The notes under the pieces are model-generated. The model had not been told where the DNA came from and did no database searches. It was given only the letters and a program-made list of their open reading frames with translations. This document shows, piece by piece, positions 39,342 through 48,943 of a DNA stretch of 64,000 bases (positions are counted from its first letter, which is position 1; the number at the start of each line of letters is the position of its first letter). Position numbers and translations under genes: made by a program. This stretch comes from a virus. The stretch is taken from the IMG/VR virus record IMGVR_UViG_3300042569_001270, positions 17,340-81,339 of that record, one strand, 5' to 3'.

Positions 39342-40787
39342 ATGTTCACAACTGCCACGCTTCAGAAGCGTAGGAAGGGTCTTCCCTTCGACGCTGACTT
39401 CCAAAGGCGTCTTGTCCGCACCCTCTATCAGGACGCTGCCTTCGCAGCCTCGCTTGTCGGTCTCCTCGACGCAGAGGCTTTCGAGTCGCGTGTTCTTCGA
39501 TGGGTGATTGATAAGATTTTCTGGTACCACGATCAGTACAAGACTCACCCCACCAAGATGGTGCTGGAGCGGGAGGCCAAGAAGGCCGTCCGCTTCGGTG
39601 CCGTTCAAGGTGCCGACATTACGGCTCTCGCCCGTACGCTGGACACGCTCGACAACCCGACCCCTGACCGCTCGTACCTTGAGGACGAGGTCTACAAGTT
39701 TATCAAACGGTCTGAGACTGCGAAGGCTCTGCACGCTATCGAGAAGGCGATACGCACCAACGACTTTGACGCCGTTGATGCGGAGATGACGAAGGCCTCC
39801 TCGTTCAAGCCTGCGAGGACCAATGAGTTCGGTAAGACCGCTGCGCACAACGTGAAGGAGCGCGTGAAGCGCCGCCTCCGGCAGCAGGAGTTCGGCATCA
39901 CGAGCGGTACGCCCATTGATCGCGTAATGAAGTCTGAGGGCATCCAGCGCAAGCAGGTCGGCATCGTCATCGGTCCCACGGGTCGCGGTAAGACCGCCAC
40001 GCTGGTTCACAACGCCTGCGCCGCTGCGGAGGACGGGAGCAAGGTTCTCTACATTTCGCTGGAGCTTGACGAGGACGACATTCTTGATCGTATCGACGCT
40101 CGCCTCTGCAGCATCGACATGAACAATCTCAAGAAGAAGCCCAAGACGATTCAGGAAATGTACATGAACAAGCTTGCCACCGTGGGCGAGCGCATCCACA
40201 CGAAGTACTACCCACCGGGATCACTGTCTGTGGGTGGCCTCCGCGCCTACATCAAGAAGCTGGAGACCATCGGCTTCTACCCTGACCTGATCGTCTGCGA
40301 CTACGTTGACCTTATGAAACCGACGCTGCGCTTCGAGGCCGGTGACGACTACGCCGCCCAAGGCTCCGTCGTCCGTGAGATGCGCGGTCTCATGGGTGAG
40401 CTGAACATGGCTTGCTGGACCGCCTCACAGGCCAACCGTGGCGCTCTGGACGTTGAGGTTGTTGATAAACAGCACGTCGCTGACTCGTTCCAGAAGATGT
40501 TTATCGCAGACGTGGTCGTGACCCTCTGTCAGACCTTGGAAGAGAAGAACCGTGGGATCACCCGACTCTTCCTCGCCAAGAACCGAAACGGCTACGACGG
40601 CATGGAGTTCTACGTTAAGCTCAACACCGCGCAGTGCCGCATCATCGAGATGCCCACGCCGGTCAAGCAGCAGGTCAAGCCGAACCAGCCCAAGGCCGCC
40701 CAGAAGATTGGTCAGGCTCTGCGGTCAGGCCCTGTCATCACCCCGACGATTCGACGCAAGAAGACAACCCCTTCCTTGGTGGCGTAA
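39342..40787 (+). CDS. dnaB: replicative DnaB-like (SF4) helicase
   Basis: GPTGRGKT, YISLE, IVCDYVDLM, TASQANR, ADVV, KNRNG. Confidence 0.9.
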   Translation: MFTTATLQKRRKGLPFDADFQRRLVRTLYQDAAFAASLVGLLDAEAFESRVLRWVIDKIFWYHDQYKTHPTKMVLEREAKKAVRFGAVQGADITALARTLDTLDNPTPDRSYLEDEVYKFIKRSETAKALHAIEKAIRTNDFDAVDAEMTKASSFKPARTNEFGKTAAHNVKERVKRRLRQQEFGITSGTPIDRVMKSEGIQRKQVGIVIGPTGRGKTATLVHNACAAAEDGSKVLYISLELDEDDILDRIDARLCSIDMNNLKKKPKTIQEMYMNKLATVGERIHTKYYPPGSLSVGGLRAYIKKLETIGFYPDLIVCDYVDLMKPTLRFEAGDDYAAQGSVVREMRGLMGELNMACWTASQANRGALDVEVVDKQHVADSFQKMFIADVVVTLCQTLEEKNRGITRLFLAKNRNGYDGMEFYVKLNTAQCRIIEMPTPVKQQVKPNQPKAAQKIGQALRSGPVITPTIRRKKTTPSLVA

Positions 40788-41656
40788 TGTTCACAACTTC
40801 CTCGCTCACTCGTAAGCTGACCAGCACGCTGAAGCGCAAGTCTTCAGTCGTCCTCGAAGGAGACGCCTTCGAGTTGATGTCTAAGATCAAAGACAACTCT
40901 GCCGCTGCTTGGATTTTCGACCCTCCGTTCCCGAAGGTTGAAGAGCACAGGGCCACGGGCACGACCACGCGCCTCAAGATCAGCAAGTCCAGCCACAACC
41001 CGTGGTTCGACGCTGCCAAGTTCGCCTACGAGAAGCTGCCTGCCCTCCTGCGACACGCCGACCGAACGCTGGTTGCCGGTGGGCACTTCCTGATGAAGTG
41101 TGACTTTGATCTTCTGCAGGAGGTACTGAAGCTCTACCCTGCCGCCGGAGGTGCTCTGCCGTCGGTGGGTAGCGAGACCAGCCTCGTCCCTCAGAAGCTG
41201 TTGCTCTGGGACAAGCAGGCTCTGGGCACCGGCTACGTCTTTCGATCCCGTCACGAGTACTGGCTTTGGATGGTGAAGGGTTCCAAGCGTCGTCGTGTGC
41301 CGAACGAGAACATGTCCCTCTCGGACGTGTTCCGTTACAAGCGGCTCAAGGGGAAGAAGTACAGCCCTGCTCAGATGCCTCTGGCGATGGCCTACGACTT
41401 GGTCAGTCAGGTCACTCAGGTAGGGGACCTCGTTGTTGATCCGTTCTGCGGTGGCGGCGGGACGGTGCCGGTGGTCACCTCCGTCCTCGGTCGTCGCATC
41501 TGGGCCTGTGAGTTGGACCCCAGCTTCGCCAAGCTTGCCAACGAGAGGGTCGCTCGCGCCCTGTCGAAGAAGGACGACCTCCGGTCAGAGCTTCGTGGCC
41601 TGTCACTTGCTCACCAGCAAGGAGCAGTCCCCGAACACTCAACGATCATGGAGTAA
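40787..41656 (+). CDS. N6A/N4C DNA methyltransferase, beta class
   Basis: GDAFELM, FDPPF (motif IV), WDK, VVDPFCGGG (motif I), ACELDP; start overlaps the dnaB stop (TAATG). Confidence 0.85.
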   Translation: MFTTSSLTRKLTSTLKRKSSVVLEGDAFELMSKIKDNSAAAWIFDPPFPKVEEHRATGTTTRLKISKSSHNPWFDAAKFAYEKLPALLRHADRTLVAGGHFLMKCDFDLLQEVLKLYPAAGGALPSVGSETSLVPQKLLLWDKQALGTGYVFRSRHEYWLWMVKGSKRRRVPNENMSLSDVFRYKRLKGKKYSPAQMPLAMAYDLVSQVTQVGDLVVDPFCGGGGTVPVVTSVLGRRIWACELDPSFAKLANERVARALSKKDDLRSELRGLSLAHQQGAVPEHSTIME

Positions 41657-41658
41657 CA

Positions 41659-42693
41659 GTGCGAGCACCGATCACCAGTCAGCTGCGGGACGCCATCAAG
41701 GCCTTCGACATCGAGAAGTTCCTCAGTGAGCATGCCTCTCTCAAGCCTGCGGGTGACGAGAGGATCATGGACTGTCCTGTCTGTGGAGAGGACGGGCACA
41801 GCGACAAGCTTTGGTTCAATGTTAAGAAGAAAACGGGGTGGTGTTATGTGTGCGAGGAGTCGTGGTCGCTCGTCAAGGTCGTCGGACACTTTCTCAACCT
41901 CGACCTGCGAAAGCCCTCGCAGTACATCAAGATTTGCCAGTTCCTTTATGACGCGACGGGTGTCACGAACACGTCCACATTACGAAGGACGCTCGAAGCT
42001 TCCCAAGCCGCCCTCGCTCCTGAAGAGGTTGAGGTTGAGACTCCGCGTTATGTCGCGCCGCCTGCTCTTGATCTACCTGCGGAATTTGTGACTCTGCCGA
42101 AGAAGCTCCCCGCGTACTTCGCCACACGCAACATCACGAAGGAGCAGGTCAAGCGTCACGGAATCGGCTGGTGTGAGCGCGGGTACTTTAAGAACCGTAT
42201 GATTATTCCAGTCGTTATGAACAAGAAGGTCGTCAGCTACATCGCTCGCTACATGGGCAAGCCGCCCGAAGGCGTGAAGAAGTACCTGTACCCAAAAGGG
42301 AACCCGACCGGTAAGACGTTCTTCAACTTTGATAACGCCAAGAAGTTCAAGACCGTCGTGCTGACGGAGGGCTACCTCGACGCTGTTGCAGTCGGTCTCG
42401 ACGCGATGGGGCTGGGCGGCAAGAGCCTTTCAGACCAGCAAGCCCTGCTGCTGGCGAGTCTCGACTTGGACGAGGTCATCGTCATGCTGGACGGCGATTC
42501 TGCGGGGCGGGAGGGGGCCACGAAGGTGGCTCGCAAGCTGTCGTCGTTCGTGCCATCTGTGCGCATCGCCTCGCTGCCGGATGGCAAGGACCCCGACGAG
42601 TTGACCGAGGAGGAACTGGCCGCTATCCGAGAGGACGCTTTGCCTCTGAACAGCACGGTTCCTAAGATCAAAATTGACCTAGAAGATTTTTGA
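41659..42693 (+). CDS. DNA primase (zinc finger plus TOPRIM)
   Basis: CPVC..CYVC, RMIIPV, KYL, TEGYLDA, MLDGDSAG, KDPDE. Confidence 0.9.
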   Translation: MRAPITSQLRDAIKAFDIEKFLSEHASLKPAGDERIMDCPVCGEDGHSDKLWFNVKKKTGWCYVCEESWSLVKVVGHFLNLDLRKPSQYIKICQFLYDATGVTNTSTLRRTLEASQAALAPEEVEVETPRYVAPPALDLPAEFVTLPKKLPAYFATRNITKEQVKRHGIGWCERGYFKNRMIIPVVMNKKVVSYIARYMGKPPEGVKKYLYPKGNPTGKTFFNFDNAKKFKTVVLTEGYLDAVAVGLDAMGLGGKSLSDQQALLLASLDLDEVIVMLDGDSAGREGATKVARKLSSFVPSVRIASLPDGKDPDELTEEELAAIREDALPLNSTVPKIKIDLEDF

Positions 42694-42768
42694 CCTCTAC
42701 AGGTTGTGGTGCTGAGGAGCACCTACACAAGGGGCAGCGGACCCTTATTTCCGCGCAGGAGTGATCCC

Positions 42769-44730
42769 ATGCAGCCTTCTCAGCAGTTCGTCTACGTCCG
42801 CACCTACGCCCGCTGGCTCCCCGATCTGGAGCGTCGGGAACTCTCGTGGGAGGAAACGGTTGATCGCTACCTCAGCTTCATGCGTGGCACCTACGGCGAC
42901 AAGGTCCCTGCGAAGGTTTGGGACAAGATCGCCAAGCACATGAAGGAGCTTGGGTCTGTCGGCTCGATGCGGGCGACGTGGACTGCTGGGTCGGCCCTGA
43001 GCGAGAACCACATCTCGGCGTACAACTGTGCCTACCTGCCCTACATTGATCTCAAAGCAGTGGCCGAGCACCTCTACATTCTCATGCATGGGACAGGCGT
43101 CGGCTTCAGCACCGAGAAGGAATACATCGATCAGATGCCTGAGGTCCCGATGCAGTCTTCTGCGGGGGCTGGTGTTCATGTCGTGGCCGACTCCAAGGAG
43201 GGCTGGGCTGAGGCCCTGCATTTCGGTCTCTCGGCTTGGTTTCTTGGGCTGGACGCCGAGTTCGACTACTCACAGGTCCGCCCCCGTGGTGCACGGCTCA
43301 AGAAGTTTGGGGGCCGCGCCTCTGGACCGGACCCGCTGAAGAAGCTGCTGGAGTTCGTGCGCGCCACGATCATGGGTGCACAGGGTCGTAAGCTCACTTC
43401 GCTGGAGTGGCTCGACATCGGCAACATGATCGGTGAGGTCGTCGTCGTTGGCGGCGTTCGTCGCTCTGCGGAGATCAACTTCAGCGATCTCAACGACCAG
43501 CTCATTCGGGACGCCAAGAAGCACCCGTTCCCAGTGCACCGCTACATGAGCAACAACAGCGTGGCCTACAAGGTCAAGCCCTCCGTCGTGGAGTTTATGA
43601 AGGAGTGGACGGCTCTGGCCGAGAGCGGCTCCGGTGAGCGCGGCATCTTCAACCTGCACGCCATCGAGAACCATCTCGCCAAGCATGCCAAGCGGCGTAA
43701 GTTTGATGCCGACTTCCGCTCGAACCCGTGCGGAGAGATCATTCTTCGCCCGTTCCAGTTCTGTAACCTCTCGGAGATTATCGTTCGCTCTGACGACGAC
43801 TTCGACAACTTGATCGAGAAGGTCGAGGTGGCGACGTGGCTGGGCACCATGCAGGCCGGTCTGACGGACTTCAAGTGGTTGCGTCCTGAGTGGAAGAAGA
43901 ACTGCGAGGAGGAAGCCCTCCTCGGCGTCAGTCTCACCGGTCAGATGGACAACATGGAGCTGATGACCCCAGAGAAGCTCGCCATTCTCAAGGCCTATGC
44001 AGTCAAAGTGAACGCCAAGGCCGCTGCGGCTATCGGGATCAACGCTTCTGCGGCCATTACCACCGGCAAGCCCTCGGGCACGGTCTCCCAGCTGGCTCTC
44101 TGCGGCTCGGGGGCGCACCCGTGGTACGACCAGTACTTCATCCGTCGGTACCGGATCAGCGCTACTGATCCCGTCTTCCGCATGCTGCGCGATCAGGGCT
44201 TCAAGTTCGTCCCTGAGAACGGGCAGGGGCCGCTGGACGTTGAACGCCGACGGCACGCCCTCATGGGAGAAGGCTGGTCTCCGTCGCAGATTGAAGCCCT
44301 TGCCCCAGCGTGGACCGAAGAGCAGGTCAATACTTGGGTGGTCGAGTTCCCCACGGAGGCCCCTCAGGGCGCAGTCACCCGTCACGAGGTCTCCTGCATC
44401 GACCAGCTGGAATGGTACCTGCGGATTATGAAGCACTGGTGCGAGCACAACCAGTCGATCACCGTTTATGTGAAGGACGACGAGTGGTTGAAGGTCGGTG
44501 CTTGGGTTTACGATCACTTTGAGGAGCTAGTCGGTGTGAGCTTCCTCCCGTACGACGGCGGCAACTACACGCTGGCTCCATACGAGACGATCACGAAGGC
44601 GGAGTACTTCCTTCTGAAGGGCCGTCAGCCCGAGATCGACTGGTCGCAGCTTCCCGTCTACGAGAAGATGGACATGACCGAGGGGGCCAAGACGCTCGCC
44701 TGTACTGGAAACACTTGCGAGATGACTTGA
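42769..44730 (+). CDS. nrdJ: class II (B12-dependent) ribonucleotide reductase
   Basis: YNCAY, GTGVGFS, GGVRRSA, NPCGEI, CNLSE, KPSGTVS, C-terminal ACTGNTCE; no beta subunit nearby. Confidence 0.85.
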   Translation: MQPSQQFVYVRTYARWLPDLERRELSWEETVDRYLSFMRGTYGDKVPAKVWDKIAKHMKELGSVGSMRATWTAGSALSENHISAYNCAYLPYIDLKAVAEHLYILMHGTGVGFSTEKEYIDQMPEVPMQSSAGAGVHVVADSKEGWAEALHFGLSAWFLGLDAEFDYSQVRPRGARLKKFGGRASGPDPLKKLLEFVRATIMGAQGRKLTSLEWLDIGNMIGEVVVVGGVRRSAEINFSDLNDQLIRDAKKHPFPVHRYMSNNSVAYKVKPSVVEFMKEWTALAESGSGERGIFNLHAIENHLAKHAKRRKFDADFRSNPCGEIILRPFQFCNLSEIIVRSDDDFDNLIEKVEVATWLGTMQAGLTDFKWLRPEWKKNCEEEALLGVSLTGQMDNMELMTPEKLAILKAYAVKVNAKAAAAIGINASAAITTGKPSGTVSQLALCGSGAHPWYDQYFIRRYRISATDPVFRMLRDQGFKFVPENGQGPLDVERRRHALMGEGWSPSQIEALAPAWTEEQVNTWVVEFPTEAPQGAVTRHEVSCIDQLEWYLRIMKHWCEHNQSITVYVKDDEWLKVGAWVYDHFEELVGVSFLPYDGGNYTLAPYETITKAEYFLLKGRQPEIDWSQLPVYEKMDMTEGAKTLACTGNTCEMT

Positions 44731-44788
44731 TAACTGGCATGGTTATCGACGCGGGCATTGAGGCCTACGTCGCCTAACCGCACTTTCT

Positions 44789-44820
44789 GGGCCGCCTCCG
44801 GTTGTGGGGCGGCCCTTTTT
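44789..44820 (+). terminator. rho-independent terminator
   Basis: GGGCCGCCTC/GGGGCGGCCC stem followed by TTTTT. Confidence 0.75.
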
Positions 44821-44840
44821 CAATCACAGAGGATCACATA

Positions 44841-45704
44841 ATGAGTTTCATGCACGCCAAGATTGTTAAGGATTCTATCAGCGAGGCTGGCCGGAGGATC
44901 ACAACCTTCGAGTTGAAGTACCCTCGGATCATTCATGCTGAGCTGAAGACCCACCGCATCCTCAGCACCAACTCGGCTTCGTCGAGGGCCATCCCCGTGA
45001 AGAGGATGATCCAAGGTGTCATCGAGGAGACGTTCATCCCTTGGCACTGGGGTGCCAACCAGCCGGGGATGCAGGCGCGGCAGGAGATCGGTGAGTCCGC
45101 TAAGTCCCTCGCCAAGTCCATCTGGGTCGCTTCTGCGAACGACGCCATCCACACGGCACGGAAGCTGGCTGACCTTGGGCTTCACAAGCAGATCGTGAAC
45201 CGTGTGCTGGAGCCGTACCAGTACATCACGACCCTCGTCACCGGCACTGAGTTCAACCACTTCCTCGCTCTGCGGAACGACGAGGAGGCAGAGGACCATT
45301 TCCATGATCTCGCGTTCATGGTGAAGGGCGAACTGGACCGGAGCACTCCGACCCTCTTGCCGGTGGGCGGTTGGCACCTTCCGTACATTGACGAGGACGA
45401 CCGCGACTTCGTCTGGATGCACAAGGGCGACGTGAACGGTGACCTCACGGAGATGCAGGCCCTGCTGGTGAAGCTGTGCGTGGCCCGCTGCGCCCGTGTC
45501 AGCTACCTGACCCACGACAAGAAGCGGCCCTCTCTGGAGGAGGATTTGGCCCTCTACGAGCGATTGACGAGCCACTGGCCCATCCACGCCTCCCCGCTTG
45601 AGCACGCTGCCTACGCCCTGCCGGATGCGAACGAGCAGAGCGGTAACTTCAAGGGCTGGTTCCAGCACCGGAAGCAGCTTCAGAAGGAGTTCGTACCGGG
45701 CTGA
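44841..45704 (+). CDS. thyX: flavin-dependent thymidylate synthase-like protein
   Basis: YPRIIHAELKTHR..STNSASSRAIP, HKQIVNRVLEP, CARVSY, HASPLEH. Confidence 0.8.
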   Translation: MSFMHAKIVKDSISEAGRRITTFELKYPRIIHAELKTHRILSTNSASSRAIPVKRMIQGVIEETFIPWHWGANQPGMQARQEIGESAKSLAKSIWVASANDAIHTARKLADLGLHKQIVNRVLEPYQYITTLVTGTEFNHFLALRNDEEAEDHFHDLAFMVKGELDRSTPTLLPVGGWHLPYIDEDDRDFVWMHKGDVNGDLTEMQALLVKLCVARCARVSYLTHDKKRPSLEEDLALYERLTSHWPIHASPLEHAAYALPDANEQSGNFKGWFQHRKQLQKEFVPG

Positions 45705-45719
45705 GAAGCGGAGAAATAG

Positions 45720-45764
45720 AAAAAAGCCCCCCGCCTACGATGTTCCGTAGGCGGGGGGCTTTTT
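45720..45764. terminator. bidirectional terminator between convergent arms
   Basis: A6 - 14 bp perfect stem GCCCCCCGCCTACG/CGTAGGCGGGGGGC - T5. Confidence 0.9.
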
Positions 45765-45765
45765 A

Positions 45766-46152
45766 TTACTTGATGTTGACGATACGACCGACCGGATGCT
45801 TCGAGTCACCGCAGGACTTCACGGTGGACTTGGTGTCACTTGCGATCAAGCAACCGCACTTCAGCTTGAGCTTCTTCGCCGGAGGAGCGGATACCGTGAG
45901 TCCCTGAGCAGCGGCACGGGCTGCGTAGTCCTTGCCAAGTACCTCTTCAGCGGTCTTCCAGCCCCGCATCTTGTACTTGTTCTCGTACCACTCCTTGGCT
46001 TGGTTGTAGGCCTTGATCGAGTGAAGGTTCTCTTGGAGCCCCTTCTCCGTGTCGATGCGAGAGATCGTCAAGCTGCAGGAGTTGAACAGCTCTTTGATCG
46101 CATGAGAGTCTTGGCTGGTCTCAATCGCCAGTCGCATCTTCTCAACGTCCAT
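45766..46152 (-). CDS. hypothetical protein with C-terminal Cys/His cluster
   Basis: ATG overlaps the upstream stop (TGATG); KCGC..C...H. Confidence 0.6.
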   Translation of the reverse strand: MDVEKMRLAIETSQDSHAIKELFNSCSLTISRIDTEKGLQENLHSIKAYNQAKEWYENKYKMRGWKTAEEVLGKDYAARAAAQGLTVSAPPAKKLKLKCGCLIASDTKSTVKSCGDSKHPVGRIVNIK

Positions 46153-46814
46153 CAGTCGGCCTCTTCCCAGTCCGTAGAGAGCATGTCGGTCTGCGAGGCG
46201 AGCCAAGGAACGTAGTCACCCTGCGCCGTGTGCATGAAGATGTACGGGAGGGTCATCTTGCTGAGATCAGTCGGGCGCTGCAGTCCGATGAACATACCCT
46301 TGCCGTTCCAGCCCTTACGACGGAACACCCACCTGTTGTCGTTGAGGTTGTTGAGGCACCGCAGCACCCAGCCAAAGGAGCCGTGGTCCCGCTCCTTGAG
46401 GTAGTTGATCTCATCCCTCTGTCGCCGGATGGTCTCGGTGAGGTTGGTAGCCTGCAGGGCCATCGCCTCCTCACCCATCTTGAGGTTCGCACGGAGCATC
46501 TCGATGGTACTCGTGTGGCTGATGATCTCGGCGCGGAGCTTGGCGGACGCTGCTCCGAACTCCGCCTTCGCGGCGTACCAGTCTTTCTTGTAGGTCTCTG
46601 CCTTGGCTTCTGCTGCAAGGCACTGTTCCTCGGCTGAGGCCCGCTCTCGCTCTGCGTCGAGGGCGCGGGCCATCCACGATCCTTCCTTAGAGGCGTCCAG
46701 CACGTTAGCCAGCTGGGCTGTCAGCTTCTCGATGGTGACTCCCGCCATGCGGAGCCACTCCTCGTTGCTGATCACAACCGGTGTCATATCTTCCGTCTTG
46801 GTCTCTTCAGACAT
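46152..46814 (-). CDS. coiled-coil protein fused to a DUF2829/Tad2-like domain
   Basis: C-terminal SFGW.L..L...[37 protein letters not shown]. Confidence 0.8.
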   Translation of the reverse strand: MSEETKTEDMTPVVISNEEWLRMAGVTIEKLTAQLANVLDASKEGSWMARALDAERERASAEEQCLAAEAKAETYKKDWYAAKAEFGAASAKLRAEIISHTSTIEMLRANLKMGEEAMALQATNLTETIRRQRDEINYLKERDHGSFGWVLRCLNNLNDNRWVFRRKGWNGKGMFIGLQRPTDLSKMTLPYIFMHTAQGDYVPWLASQTDMLSTDWEEAD

Positions 46815-46855
46815 TGGTCTTCTCCTTCAAAAGCGTTTTTAGACGTTTGATCTCT

Positions 46856-47116
46856 TCAATCAACCTCTGAGCCGTTTGCGTCGAAACCGCATGCCACCGG
46901 CTCAGGCCCTTTTCGATCTCCAACAGTTCCTGCTCGCTCATTCGCAGCCCTCCTCACCCTCTCGATCTCGTCCTGCAGACGAGACTGGTTGTGAACAACC
47001 TCGACCAGTCGGACAGAGAAGGTTCGCATGTCCCAGAGAAGCGAACTGATCTTCTCCGCAAGCTGCTGCATCTGCACAACCTTCTCACCGAACTCCTGCA
47101 TCTCTTCTCTCGTCAT
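46856..47116 (-). CDS. hypothetical coiled-coil protein
   Basis: 86 aa from ATG 47116. Confidence 0.5.
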   Translation of the reverse strand: MTREEMQEFGEKVVQMQQLAEKISSLLWDMRTFSVRLVEVVHNQSRLQDEIERVRRAANERAGTVGDRKGPEPVACGFDANGSEVD

Positions 47117-47234
47117 CGCAAACCCACCGTCCGTGAATGTCGTGTTGAAGGGTGTTCTTGTAGGGGGACTCCCACCTGCACTTTCGGGAGCCACACCCTA
47201 CCGCGAGTAGGGCCACCACGAGAAGCCGGAGCAT
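47085..47234 (-). CDS. small lipoprotein, 49 aa (not in the ORF track)
   Basis: MLRLLVVALLAVG-C lipobox; start overlaps the upstream stop (TGATG). Confidence 0.55.
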   Translation of the reverse strand: MLRLLVVALLAVGCGSRKCRWESPYKNTLQHDIHGRWVCDDERRDAGVR

Positions 47235-47842
47235 CACCGCTCGCCCATGAAGATCGCGTTGTCGTCGTCCATGTGATCCACAAGAGAAAGGATACGCTGT
47301 GCCCGCCCTTCAAAGTCCTCACGGACCTCAAGGATGGGGCCGTGGTAGCTGAAGCCGTTGCGCCGGTTGGGGATACCGTGACCGTCGAGCGTCCTCTCCA
47401 GCCAGCCAAGCTTGGGGTCCTCGGTGCGCTTGCAGAGGACGACCCACTTCTTGGCGTTGTCGCTCTCCATCTTGAGCCGCATCTCCTCCAGCGTTGACTG
47501 CGCCCGTCTGAAGGCTGCCGACGCTGCAGTGCCGAAGTCGATGTCACGCTCCTCTTCCTCTTCCTCAGCCTCCTGAGTCAGAGAGAACATGACCGACTGC
47601 ATCGACTGGCTGGTGTTGGCCAGTTCTTTGGGATCAAGTTTTTCTCCGAGCACTGCAGCTTTCTCTACGATTACTTTGATCTTGTCTCCGGGCTGAGCGG
47701 TCGGGACAATGGACTTCTGTGCCTCGACGAGCTTCTCGATGTTCTCGTTCAGCTTCTCAAGCTGCTTGACGAGGCGGGGCATGGTGCCCTCGTAGAACGT
47801 GCGACCCATGATCGTCTGGAAGAACTCGGGACCGTTAGCCAT
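47234..47842 (-). CDS. hypothetical protein
   Basis: AAGGAG RBS; FFQT.MG..FYEG..PRL N-domain plus second domain RTEDPKLGWLE. Confidence 0.7.
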   Translation of the reverse strand: MANGPEFFQTIMGRTFYEGTMPRLVKQLEKLNENIEKLVEAQKSIVPTAQPGDKIKVIVEKAAVLGEKLDPKELANTSQSMQSVMFSLTQEAEEEEEERDIDFGTAASAAFRRAQSTLEEMRLKMESDNAKKWVVLCKRTEDPKLGWLERTLDGHGIPNRRNGFSYHGPILEVREDFEGRAQRILSLVDHMDDDNAIFMGER

Positions 47843-48032
47843 TGGGAAACTCCTTGAGGATGCGGGTGGGGAGGATGACTGCGTTGTCGATGATCTGAGC
47901 GAGGTTCTTCTTCTGCTCTTCGTTGAGCCGAAGGTTGTCGATCACAAGGGTGTGCAGGCGGAGGTAGCTCCGCATGTCATCCACACCCATCTGATGGGCC
48001 TTCATAAACTTCAGCATCTGTTCTTCGTTCAT
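47835..48032 (-). CDS. hypothetical protein
   Basis: ATG 48032 with GGAG and ATGA overlap. Confidence 0.55.
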   Translation of the reverse strand: MNEEQMLKFMKAHQMGVDDMRSYLRLHTLVIDNLRLNEEQKKNLAQIIDNAVILPTRILKEFPNG

Positions 48033-48208
48033 GGCTTGCTCCGGTTGAGGGCTTTCTTCTTCTTGCTGAACACTCGCTTGACCCGTGGTCTCTTCCACGG
48101 ATCAAACTTCCAAGGAAGGTCATAGACACTGATGAGCTTGGTCCCTTCTGGGAACGTCGGCAGAGCCGTCAGCAGCCTTTGCAACTCACGGTCGATGTCG
48201 TCGCTCAC
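48029..48208 (-). CDS. small basic protein, 59 aa (not in the ORF track)
   Basis: GTGA and ATGA overlaps at both ends, GGAGG RBS. Confidence 0.55.
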   Translation of the reverse strand: MSDDIDRELQRLLTALPTFPEGTKLISVYDLPWKFDPWKRPRVKRVFSKKKKALNRSKP

Positions 48209-48696
48209 GGCTTGCCTCCTTCGACCATGTAAACCGAAAACCTGTGCCCTATGAGTGAGTCGTCTTCTCTTTTGATCTGAAACACGGCGGCCTTGTTGAA
48301 CTTCTCAGCCCCCATGACGTACGCCTCAGCCATGCTCCTGTGAGGGAACGCGTTGAGCAGCGTCGTCGTGGTCACTTCCACCTTCTCGGGGCTGTTATCC
48401 ACGATGGGAGGCATCTCAAGAGACGGCGGCTCGTAAGGCGGAACAGGCACTCCGATAGCCTGAAGACCAGCGTAGGCCGCTGCTTCCGGTGTCTTCTTTG
48501 TGCCAGTAGCCGACGGATGGGAGAGGCTCTTACTACCGGCCTGCCAAGACCAGTAGGTGTCGAGATCATCTCTACCTCGCATGACGCTGACGACGACCTT
48601 GGCAAAGGTGTCCTCATAGACGTAGACAGGGTCGCCGAAGGGGTCTCTTAAAACTTTCCAGCCGGGCATACGGGACATGAAGCCGTTGTTCATCAC
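48205..48696 (-). CDS. hypothetical protein
   Basis: GGAGG RBS, coupled to neighbours. Confidence 0.65.
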   Translation of the reverse strand: MMNNGFMSRMPGWKVLRDPFGDPVYVYEDTFAKVVVSVMRGRDDLDTYWSWQAGSKSLSHPSATGTKKTPEAAAYAGLQAIGVPVPPYEPPSLEMPPIVDNSPEKVEVTTTTLLNAFPHRSMAEAYVMGAEKFNKAAVFQIKREDDSLIGHRFSVYMVEGGKP

Positions 48697-48932
48697 TTGC
48701 CTCCGTTGTCTTCGAGCATCGTGGGGGGTTCGTACTCGTCTTCGATGTGCCGGATGCAGAAGAGGCCGTTGCTGCTGTAGACACAGGTTGCCCTCGTGCC
48801 GTCCAGCAGTTTGATCTCTTTTGTACTCAGCGCATCAGGACCTTTTGCAGTCATCACACACCCGTCGCAGCTTGCGATTGCCAGCAACGCACTGAGGATC
48901 ATAATGACTCCGTTTGGGTTGAGACCGTTCAT
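48693..48932 (-). CDS. putative small lipoprotein
   Basis: AAGGAG RBS; hydrophobic leader ending LAIAS-C. Confidence 0.55.
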   Translation of the reverse strand: MNGLNPNGVIMILSALLAIASCDGCVMTAKGPDALSTKEIKLLDGTRATCVYSSNGLFCIRHIEDEYEPPTMLEDNGGK

Positions 48933-48943
48933 GTTGATCTCCT

